From positions 18,213 through 82,212 of IMG/VR virus record IMGVR_UViG_3300009151_000053: DNA of 64,000 nt; one strand, 5' to 3'. The notes under the pieces were generated by a model, which saw only the letters and a list, made by a program, of their open reading frames with translations, was not told the origin of the DNA and made no database searches. This document shows positions 1 through 9,900 of the stretch, in pieces (position 1 is the stretch's first letter; every line of letters begins with the position of its first letter). The stretch is from a virus. Position numbers and translations under genes: made by a program.

Positions 1-2
1 TC

Positions 3-3000
3 ATTGTTTATTTTAAAGAGAAATATCTAAAAAACATTCAGTTTGATACGGCTAGTAATAAAACTTTGCTGGTAAAGAACTCTCTTGACTTGTATAGATC
101 AAAGGGAACAGAACGTTCTATCGATCTATTCTTCAAACTTGTCTACGGTACAAATGCAGATGTTCGCTATCCTGCTGAAAATATCTTTAGATTATCAGAT
201 GGCATCTATGAACTCCCACTTTACTTAGAAGTTTCGTATTCAAAATACAATATCGACTACGTTGGCAAGCAAGTTATTGGCGCGTTAACTGGTGCAACAG
301 GATTTGTTGAAAGATATATTCGTAGAAGAACAGATCGTGGCTATGTAAATCTTCTTTACATTACGAATATTAATGGAGCATTCCGTAACGGAGAAGTTAT
401 CGGTCTTAACATAAACAACACACCAGTCTTTGATTCGACAAAACGCGCAAAAATGATTGGCTCTGTTAATAGAGTAGAAATCATTGACAAGGGCGTGGAG
501 TTTGCTGTTGGTGATATCGTTTCATTTAGCGGATCAGAGCGCGGCAATGGTGGTTTGGCTAGAGTATCTAGCGTTGGTTCTGCTACAGGCATCATCGATT
601 TCATTTTCGTTGATGGTGGTTATGGTTATACGCTTGATGCAGAATCTCTTATCTCTGAGAAGGTTGTGTCTCTGTCTAATGTTGTGGCTGGTGCAAACAG
701 TTATCAATATTTCAGGCTGTTTGAACAAATGGTCGAGCCTATCATCAACGTCGCATTCACAAGCGCAACAGCAAATCTTGCTGTAGGTGATACTATCTAT
801 CGTTACAACAGCGGAACACAAGTTGCGGCGGGCAAGATTCTCGATCTAGATCAGACCACAGCAAATGGCACGATTACCATTTCACATGTTAATGGCTCAT
901 TCACTAATACAGCAACATATTACACCACAGGAAATGCTATATCCTTCTATGCGAACACAATAGAAGATAGAACTATTGGTGGTAAAGTCATGGGTATTCC
1001 TGAGATATACAATATCTCTATTTCTAATCCGAGCGAAACCTTGACTGTTGGTGCTAATGTCTACCAAAAGAATACAGCAACAGGTGTTATCTATGCTCGT
1101 GGAACAATCACTGATGTTGTAGACAATACCAATATTACTGTTGTAAATGCTCGTGGTGCATTTAAGAATAGTGTAACCAGTACAGACTTAATGTATGTTG
1201 AGGGAAGTAACTCTGAAATATATGCAAATGTTGGGCTGATCGATCTTACCGTTGGTCTTTACAATATTAGAAAATATGTTAATACCGTTAAATATTCTAC
1301 GGCTAACAACAACAAAATATTGGATACTCCATACATCTATCAATATAATAGCAGTGGAAATGTTTCAGCAAAAGGTGTTGTGCTGACATCTTCATTTACT
1401 TCTAACACAGGTAATGTCACTTTTATTCCAGTGTCTGGGTATTTCTTGAGTACAAAGAAAGTCTACACGCAAGGTAATACTGCTGAGGCTTATGTTGTTT
1501 CTTATGCAACTTCCAACTCTGGTGGAGATTATATTTCTTCTGCTAATGCAAGAATGATAACACAAACAACAAACACCTCTTCTATTCCATACAGTATTGG
1601 TTATGGTTCTGGTGCAAGTTTTAAAGTTTCAACTATTGGTGATACAGAAGTTATCTTTATTGGTACTGATCTTATCGGCGCAAATAATGTTGGAACACTT
1701 GATTATGATAGAAAGATTTTAACAGTTGGGGCTAATACAGGATTTGCTATTGGTGATCCTGTTTATCAAACTGTAAATAAAATAGCGTTTAATAGCAATA
1801 CCTCTGTTAATGCTACAACTGGATTTATTACGATTCCTAGCGCAAACTCAAAGTTTACTGTTGGGGACAACATTAAATATGAAGTTGCGGCTGGTAATAC
1901 CGCATTAAACATGATGGTTTCGAATAACTATTATCATGTTAGATTTGCCAATACCACGGGATTGATACTTTCCAATCCATATCGCAAGACAGATTATCTC
2001 AACATAACAAACTACCCAGCAACAAACATGCCAGTGTCTCCTTATACGGAACTTTCTCCTGGATTTGCGAATGGTGCTGTTTCAGAAACAGGTCATTATC
2101 TGTATAAGCAAATCTATGGCACTGTCTTTGAAACAGATTCAACACATGTGAAAATTCAAGATCGTGTTAACTATTTTTCAGTCACTGGAGGCACGACATC
2201 CACAACAACATCAGCCAACAGCAATCTGATCAAGTACGGCGCGACAACAACAAACACGGCTATCTCGGCTGTTGGTGTTTATCCAACAATCGTTCAAGCC
2301 AATCAAGCATATGCGTCTCTGTCTATTCGTGCTCCTGCTTACGGATTTCCAAAAAATCCACAAGGTGATCTGGCTGATATCATCTACAGTTGCTTGACAT
2401 TCGGTCGCTTTGAGATTGGTGTTATTGGAGCATTGAAGGGTATTGACCCTGGATCAGAATATAACGTTGATCCATATGTTCTTGCTTACCAGCCATACAT
2501 CTCTGCGTTTGATCGTAATGACTTCTTGATTACGATTGATACTCCAACCAGCACATTCGTTGTTGGCGAAAAGATCAATCAAGTTCAAGCAAATCTAATC
2601 TTCTATGATCTACAGGTTCCAAGCGGCGTGTATTCAAATGTGTATAGCGAAGTAACACGCTCAATCGATTCACAGATGGATGTCAATGGAACAACAGAGT
2701 TTATTCTAATTCCATCAAACACTGTTACAATCAACTCTGGAACAGATGTTTCTAGTGCGGCTGACACTATCTCTATTGCTGGCAACCCATATGCTGCTAA
2801 TGATTACATTCGTTATTATACAGCAACTGGAAATACTGTTATTAGTGGTCTTGCTAACAATACATTATACTATGTTTCATTTGCTAACACAAGCACAATT
2901 GCCCTTTCTTCTACATTAGGAGGCGCAAATCTTAATATTACTGCTGCTGTTACTGGTGAATCTGGGCACTTCCTTAAGAACTATGCAAATCCATATGCCA

Positions 3001-4526
3001 ATAATGATAGAGTTATTTACAGCACATTAGCAAGTAACACAGTTATCGGCGGTCTTGCAAACAATACACCTTATTATGTTGTGTATGCAAATGCGGTCGG
3101 TATGGCTTTGGCTTCAACAGTTGGTGGCGCTAATATCAACATCACTGCAAATAGCACAGGCGGCGAGCAACAGTATTTTGCTACCATTCCTGGATATCTG
3201 CCAAATGATAAGGTGTATCAAGGATCATCAAATGCAACTGTCCAGTCTGTCTATATCACAAGCGGCAATCAGTTCGTTAGAGTGTCTGGCAATACTGGAC
3301 CATTAGCCACAAACCAAATCCTGTATTCATATTCTAATCCATATGTCAACTCTACAGTTTCGGCAGTGACATTTGTGTCGTTGACTTCTACGGCTAAAGG
3401 CATCATCAAAGCAGGAAGCAACACTTCTGTTCTCAAAGTTAAGCGTCTTTCTTTTGAAAATACATTTAAAGAAGGCGTGAATGTAATCGGTGATGTTTCT
3501 GGTGCCACTGCAAATGTTATGGGGATTGCTCCAGACTTCAACGAACTTTATCCTATTGGGTTGAATGCTGATATTCAGGCTAACGTTGTGACTGCTAATG
3601 GTCAAGTAACATCGCTTCAAGTTGTCGATTCTGGCTTCGGTTACGTCAACTCTGAAATCATTCAATTCAACTCTGCTGATCTTACTCGCTCTGGTTCGAT
3701 CAAGGTTATTCTTGATGGGCACGGTAAAGGTAAAGGATACTACAAGAGTTCTAAGGGCTTCATCTCAGAAGATATGTACATTCATGATGGTGATTACTAT
3801 CAAGAGTATTCTTATGAGATTCTCTCTAAGATGTCGTTTGACAAATATGCTGATATGTTCAAGAAGGTCATGCACGTTGCTGGTACGAAGTTCTTTGGTT
3901 CGGCTCAAGTTGAAGAAGAAGGCAACCTTCCGCTTTCAGTGATCGAGTTTGCTAATGGTCCTGAAGTTGCATTTGATGCACATGATGATGTGGACTCTGC
4001 TTCTGATCGAATCAAGATGAACATTGAGAAGAGTTATAGAGCATTCGATCCATTAGCAAATGTCAATCAAGAAATCGAGTTTATTACGATTACGGCTAAT
4101 CCATTCTCTAACAATGATCTAGTTCTTTATTATACAGACAGCGGTAACACAGTTTTACAGGGGCTATCAAACAACTCTCTGTATTATGTTGTTCAAGCCA
4201 ATTCAACTGGTGTTAAGTTATCAGTAACTCGTGGTGGAACTCCAGTTGATGCAAATAATGCTTCATCTGTTTCTGAAAGAGGGCATTGGTTGAGAAGTTA
4301 TGTGAATCCATTTGCAAATGGTGATTATGTTTATTACACCACGGCAACAGGCAACACAGCCGTTACTGGACTTGCAAATGGCGCACATTATTTTGTGACA
4401 AACACAAATCCATTATCATTACAACTGTCTTCAAGTGCCACTGGATTGCCTATTATAAATATAACTGCATCAGGAAGTTCGCAAGTTGGGCACTTCTTAT
4501 CTAAGACTATTGAGGAAAATAATTAA
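3..4526 (+). CDS. gp7: Baseplate wedge initiator, gp7-like (5' end outside window)
   Basis: Frame is open from position 3 (IVYFKEKYLKNI...). Has LYRSKGTERSIDLFFKLVY near the N-terminus and HDGDYYQEYSYEI...KKVMHVAGTKFFG near the C-terminus, typical of T4-like gp7 homologues. TAATG-coupled to gp8. Confidence 0.8.
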   Translation: MVYFKEKYLKNIQFDTASNKTLLVKNSLDLYRSKGTERSIDLFFKLVYGTNADVRYPAENIFRLSDGIYELPLYLEVSYSKYNIDYVGKQVIGALTGATGFVERYIRRRTDRGYVNLLYITNINGAFRNGEVIGLNINNTPVFDSTKRAKMIGSVNRVEIIDKGVEFAVGDIVSFSGSERGNGGLARVSSVGSATGIIDFIFVDGGYGYTLDAESLISEKVVSLSNVVAGANSYQYFRLFEQMVEPIINVAFTSATANLAVGDTIYRYNSGTQVAAGKILDLDQTTANGTITISHVNGSFTNTATYYTTGNAISFYANTIEDRTIGGKVMGIPEIYNISISNPSETLTVGANVYQKNTATGVIYARGTITDVVDNTNITVVNARGAFKNSVTSTDLMYVEGSNSEIYANVGLIDLTVGLYNIRKYVNTVKYSTANNNKILDTPYIYQYNSSGNVSAKGVVLTSSFTSNTGNVTFIPVSGYFLSTKKVYTQGNTAEAYVVSYATSNSGGDYISSANARMITQTTNTSSIPYSIGYGSGASFKVSTIGDTEVIFIGTDLIGANNVGTLDYDRKILTVGANTGFAIGDPVYQTVNKIAFNSNTSVNATTGFITIPSANSKFTVGDNIKYEVAAGNTALNMMVSNNYYHVRFANTTGLILSNPYRKTDYLNITNYPATNMPVSPYTELSPGFANGAVSETGHYLYKQIYGTVFETDSTHVKIQDRVNYFSVTGGTTSTTTSANSNLIKYGATTTNTAISAVGVYPTIVQANQAYASLSIRAPAYGFPKNPQGDLADIIYSCLTFGRFEIGVIGALKGIDPGSEYNVDPYVLAYQPYISAFDRNDFLITIDTPTSTFVVGEKINQVQANLIFYDLQVPSGVYSNVYSEVTRSIDSQMDVNGTTEFILIPSNTVTINSGTDVSSAADTISIAGNPYAANDYIRYYTATGNTVISGLANNTLYYVSFANTSTIALSSTLGGANLNITAAVTGESGHFLKNYANPYANNDRVIYSTLASNTVIGGLANNTPYYVVYANAVGMALASTVGGANINITANSTGGEQQYFATIPGYLPNDKVYQGSSNATVQSVYITSGNQFVRVSGNTGPLATNQILYSYSNPYVNSTVSAVTFVSLTSTAKGIIKAGSNTSVLKVKRLSFENTFKEGVNVIGDVSGATANVMGIAPDFNELYPIGLNADIQANVVTANGQVTSLQVVDSGFGYVNSEIIQFNSADLTRSGSIKVILDGHGKGKGYYKSSKGFISEDMYIHDGDYYQEYSYEILSKMSFDKYADMFKKVMHVAGTKFFGSAQVEEEGNLPLSVIEFANGPEVAFDAHDDVDSASDRIKMNIEKSYRAFDPLANVNQEIEFITITANPFSNNDLVLYYTDSGNTVLQGLSNNSLYYVVQANSTGVKLSVTRGGTPVDANNASSVSERGHWLRSYVNPFANGDYVYYTTATGNTAVTGLANGAHYFVTNTNPLSLQLSSSATGLPIINITASGSSQVGHFLSKTIEENN
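4454..4461 (+). promoter_or_regulatory. T4-type late promoter TATAAATA
   Basis: Exact consensus about 65 nt upstream of the gp8 start. Confidence 0.6.
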
Positions 4527-6928
4527 TGGCTGTAACTCAAAACTTTGTTACATCAAACTTTAATGTACATAGCGCAAAACAGTTTGTTGAATCTTTTTCG
4601 GAAGCAAACGGGTCTCAATATTTTGTCTATGCTGGTAAGCATACTCCATATGTAAACAGTGATGCGGCAATCACAACACCAGATAATAGTGTACAGAAGA
4701 CTCACTTTGACGCATATAATGATATGTTGTTTGCCAAAAGAGTTACTTCTGGCGATGTGGTCCATGTTATTCCAAAACATACTTGGGTAGCAAACACGGT
4801 TTATTCAGAATATTCTCACTTAGATGGCGCTTTATTAGATAAGTCTTTCTATGTAATGGTCGATGATACATATGAATACAACGTTTATAAATGTTTATTC
4901 AATAACAACGGTGCAAACTCAACCGTTGCTCCTTCTCGTGTTGGCAGTGCTGCTGACTTAAAGCCAATGGTAACTGGTGATGATTATACTTGGAAGTATA
5001 TGTACACTATTACCAAGACCAATTACGATAAGTTTTCAACGTCTAACTATATTCCAGTTACAGCGAATACAGATGTTATTGCTGGCGCAACACCTGGTAC
5101 TATTGAAGTAATCAAGATTCTTGATGGTGGTTCTGGGTACGCAAACTATATTGCTGATGCGACATTTAAGACTGGTGATATTAATATCGGCGGTGTTAAT
5201 ACTATTTATGGCGCTCCTGAAGATTTGCCAGATATTGATGACTATTACCAAGGCTGCGTTCTAAAGATTACATCTGGTCCCGGTATTGATCAATATAGAC
5301 GTATTGTTAACTACGAAGGCGTAGGCGCACAAAAGAAGTTTATCCTTGATTCTGGTTTCTCTGTGACGCCAGAAGTTGGCAATCACTTTGAAGTGTATCC
5401 ATACATTTATGTTTGGGGCGACGGTAACGAATCAACTGTTGCTGATGCAAGAGCGATCATTGATCCAGCATCGGCTAATGCGATTTCGTCTGTTGAAATG
5501 TTAAGCGTAGGCAAGAACTACCGCTATGCAGTAGGAGTTGCTGGAGCAACACCATCAACCGTTCCCATTACCATCAACAGTATTTACATTCAACTTCCAG
5601 AAGTTATTACTCAAGATGTGCATTTCCAGCAAGCATCACTTGAACCAATCCTCTCCCCAAAAGACGGGCATGGTTCTGATCCTTTGAACGAGTTAGGCGC
5701 AAGGCGTGTATGTGTCAGTACAAAGTTCAATCAAAGCGAATCTGGCACAATTCCAACTCAGAACGATTTCCGTCAGATTGGTTTGATCAAAGACCCATTG
5801 TATACCAATGTTGACTTACTGCTCAAGACGGCTAACACGGTAGGATCTTTCTCTATCGGAGAAACTGTGTATCAATATAAGCACGTCAAACTTGCTGGTA
5901 ATGTGGTTGTGTCTACAGCCAATAAGGCTCTGGTCAAAGTCGATCAAGGTAAGATTTCCAGCACAATCACTATTCTGAATGCTGGTACTGGATACAACAA
6001 CACATCAAACAATCAACTTGTAGCCAACAACACAGGCACAGGTGGAACAGGTGCTGCTGCTACATTCTCAAATAACGGAAGCGGTGTGATCACTTCTGTT
6101 ACTGTAACAAATCAAGGCTCTGGATATCTGTCTGCTCCAGTATTCACTGTGAATCCAACAGCCGCTACTGGTGGTAGTAATGCAGTCTTCACTTCTGTAT
6201 TAGCAAATCCTCTTGTGACATTCTACAAAGACGCATTTGACGTTGGAGATTATGCTCTGGTCAATAATGGAACAACAAACTATCTGACTAAGGTTGATGG
6301 CGTTCCTTATGATTATCAGATCACAACATCAACAAATGGTGCATATTCTTCTACCTCTTCACAACTGTCATCTGTTAAACTTCAAGCATCTGGAACAGTG
6401 ACTTCGATCAGTGTTGGTCAAATCACTCTCTCTAATGTAAGCGGAACATTTGCCACAGAAAGCAGAGTTATTGGTACTACATCTGGTGCAACTTCTATTA
6501 TTGATACTGGTGGTATTCAGATCAACGACAAAGCGGCTGGTGCGTTCACTTCGGCTGTACAGTTAACTCGCCTTGTTGGCAACTTTACAACTGGTAGTTC
6601 GCCATTTATTGAAGACGAATATATAAGTCAGAACAGTCTTATTTCTTATGCAAAGCCACATGGGCAGTTGCATCATGCAGAGATTGTTGGCGGTATTAAT
6701 GATGATACTCTTTATATCAGTAATAAGTTTGGTATTTACAATCTTGATCCAGGCGGAGTTAGAACAATCGTAGGGAATACAAGCGGCGCAACGCTTGATA
6801 CTTTGCTGTCTAAATATCCAGGTGACTTCGTTGTAGGCAGTGGCGAAGTTCTATATTATGAAAACTTAGATGCGATTACAAGAAGTGATAATAAATCAGA
6901 GATAATCAAAATCATATTGGAGTTTTAA
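4526..6928 (+). CDS. gp8: Baseplate wedge subunit gp8-like
   Basis: YNVYKCLFNNNG...STVAP...DDYTWKYMYTI, GHGSDP..ELGA, NDFRQIGLIKDP, and C-terminal SGEVLYYEN..AITRS...SEIIKIILEF. Confidence 0.88.
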   Translation: MAVTQNFVTSNFNVHSAKQFVESFSEANGSQYFVYAGKHTPYVNSDAAITTPDNSVQKTHFDAYNDMLFAKRVTSGDVVHVIPKHTWVANTVYSEYSHLDGALLDKSFYVMVDDTYEYNVYKCLFNNNGANSTVAPSRVGSAADLKPMVTGDDYTWKYMYTITKTNYDKFSTSNYIPVTANTDVIAGATPGTIEVIKILDGGSGYANYIADATFKTGDINIGGVNTIYGAPEDLPDIDDYYQGCVLKITSGPGIDQYRRIVNYEGVGAQKKFILDSGFSVTPEVGNHFEVYPYIYVWGDGNESTVADARAIIDPASANAISSVEMLSVGKNYRYAVGVAGATPSTVPITINSIYIQLPEVITQDVHFQQASLEPILSPKDGHGSDPLNELGARRVCVSTKFNQSESGTIPTQNDFRQIGLIKDPLYTNVDLLLKTANTVGSFSIGETVYQYKHVKLAGNVVVSTANKALVKVDQGKISSTITILNAGTGYNNTSNNQLVANNTGTGGTGAAATFSNNGSGVITSVTVTNQGSGYLSAPVFTVNPTAATGGSNAVFTSVLANPLVTFYKDAFDVGDYALVNNGTTNYLTKVDGVPYDYQITTSTNGAYSSTSSQLSSVKLQASGTVTSISVGQITLSNVSGTFATESRVIGTTSGATSIIDTGGIQINDKAAGAFTSAVQLTRLVGNFTTGSSPFIEDEYISQNSLISYAKPHGQLHHAEIVGGINDDTLYISNKFGIYNLDPGGVRTIVGNTSGATLDTLLSKYPGDFVVGSGEVLYYENLDAITRSDNKSEIIKIILEF

Positions 6929-6933
6929 CGTAG

Positions 6934-9900
6934 ATGGCTCTACAAACCGACTTAAACGTATCACCATATTACGACGACTTCGATCCTGCGAAGAGTTATC
7001 ATCGTATTCTGTTTCAGCCAGGTGTGGCTGTACAGGCGCGTGAGTTAAATCAACTCCAGTCAATCCTTCAAAATCAAATCGAGAAGTTTGGGGATAACAT
7101 CTTCAAGCGTGGTACGATCATTGAAGGCTGTAATATTGTTCTTCATAACAATCTTCCATATATCAAGATTAAAGATGTTGAAACTGATGGAACTCCTGTA
7201 AACATTACTCAGTACAATAACCTATACGTCAAGAATGCTGCTAATGTGAGCGCGTTTATTGTTAAGACTGCGGTTGGTTATGAGTCGCGTTCACCAAATC
7301 TTAATACACTTTTTGTTAAATATAATGGTACTGGTATTACAAGCAACGCTTCGTTGTTTGCAGCAGATGATACTTTGACTGTTTTTGATCCATCTTATCC
7401 TATCTTCCATATGAGAGTTAATGACGGATCAACAGGATTCTCTAACTCTGATACTATTGCGGTTATTTCGGCTATTGCTGTTCAGAACTCAACAGGCGGA
7501 TCAGCCTTTGCTGGTGGTGCGTTTAACGTTAATGACGTTATTCAGAATGGTGTTGCTAATGCTACGATCATTGAAGCCAACAATACAGCCAATGCTTCTG
7601 CACTCATTCTTAAGATCAAGCCACTTGCTATTGACCTTCAAACGGCTAACACAGTCAAGTGGAGATTTACGGCTGGCGAAACAATCAGAAATGCAACAAC
7701 TTCTGTAAGCGCGAATGTCGTCTCTACTATCGGTGCTGGTGCGACTGGTTCTTTGACCACAGATTCTCTCGGTAAGATTGTTTCGATTGCTGTAACAAAT
7801 ATGGGTGCCGGATATTACATTCAGCCACATGTCACAACTTCTATTACAAGCAATGGCGCAACAACCACATCTGCAATCACACAACTGAATATCACTGGTC
7901 AAAACTATCTGACTAACATCACTGTGGCAAACTCTGCACAGTTGTCAATCGGCTTTGGTTATGGCATGAGCGTCAACGAAGGCACGATCTATCAGAAAGG
8001 TTTCTTCTCTAGAGTTGATCCACAGTTAACAATCGTTAACAAATATTCTAATACAGGCTTTACCAAGTCTGTTGGATTCTACACAAGCGAATCAATCATT
8101 AACAGCAATCAAGACGCAACTCTGTTAGATAATGCAACTGGCTCATTCAACTATGCGGCTCCTGGCGCTGATCGTTTGAAGTTGTCTCCTGTTCTTACGG
8201 TTCTTGATAAGGTTGATGCCGACGCTAATACAGACTTCTTGCCAATCGTAGAATTTGCCGATGGTTCTGCTTATAAGCAAACTAAGCAAACCGTTTACAA
8301 CGTTCTTGGCGATGAGATGGCTAAGAGAACATATGAAGAGTCTGGCAACTATGTGCTTGACCAATTCAATCTTACCACAAAAGATTCTACCGTATTTACA
8401 GAAACTCCATCTGTATTCAAAATCTATATCGATCCAGGTCTAGCATACATCAATGGCTATAGAGTTGAAACTGTTTCTAACTATACGGCCAACATTGCCA
8501 AAGGAGTTGATACAGTAAGCAACGTTGAAACTTCTATCAAGGTTGGATATGGAAACTTCATCCGCGTTAAAGAACTTGCTGGCGTGTTTGAATTCAACTA
8601 TGGCGCACAAATCGATCTTTATGATACAGCAAAAGGCTTCTTGACATCAACGCCAACTGGCTCAATCGCGCCAACTGGAAATAAGATTGGTGTTGCAAGA
8701 ATTCGTTCGTTAGTTCATGACAGCGGTGAGCCAGGCGCGCCAGGTGCTGTTTATAGAATGTATCTGTTCGATATCGTAATGTCAACTGGTAAGAACTTTG
8801 CAGACGTTCGTTCAGTGTATTACTCAGGAAGCACAAAGGGTATTGCTGATATTCTTCTAAATGCTGGTGGACTAACAACAGTTCTTAATGACAGTGCTGA
8901 TAGCAGTCTTTTGTTTAAGACAGTAAATGCCACTAAGTATGCAAATAACATTACCTATACTTACAGAACAATGAACCAAACAGAACAGGCTAACACCACA
9001 GGTTATATTGATCTAAATGTTGGTGCTGGTGAATACTTCCCATATAACGCTGGTGGTGTTTTGAATGACACACAAGAGCGTGATATTATTGTAATACCAA
9101 GATCAGATTATCAAGCACAAGCAAATGCTGCTGGTAACGTTTCAACATCTTCTGCTAGTGCAACAGTTACGGGTATTATTGGGACAAATTTTGTTGCTTC
9201 GTTTAAGACAGGCGACTATATCAAGATTGCAAACTCTACAGCATCTGTAGTAAAACAAGTTTGGCAAGTAATCAATGCTACAAGCATGAACATGTATTCA
9301 AGTGTAGGCACAACTTTTGCTTATGCTAACGTTGTTCTTTACTTCCCTAATAATGTTCCTATCTCATTTGGTAGAAGAAGCGAAAGGACAGTTACAGTAG
9401 CGGCTAATGGACAACAGTTGACTATCAATCTGGCTAATAATATTGCCAACTCTATCGGTAGCCCTTCTTCAGCCAACGTCACTGTTCTTTATAACGTTAC
9501 AGCCAACAACACATCAACTGGCGCAAAAGTATCACACAGAGACATCTACACCAGAATTCGTGCTGCTAATAATGCTGCCACAACAACTGGTCCATGGGTA
9601 TTGGGTGTTGCTGATGCATTCCGCTTGAAAAAAGTGTATCAAGCAAATGGCGCTTCTGTTGCCAAGACATTCAATGCAAACACTGGTGTCGTAGCAAGTT
9701 TTGTTTCTATTCCAAACAATCCATTTGCTAACGGTGATTCTTTGGTCTATACAACTGGAACAGACGGAACAATCTTAACGGGTTTGGCTAACAATACAAC
9801 CTATTATGCGGTTCTTGCCAACTCATCAGGATCAAAGTTTGCTTCCACTCGTAATGGATCGGCGTTGTCTATTACCGCATCATCTATCAGTGAGACACAT

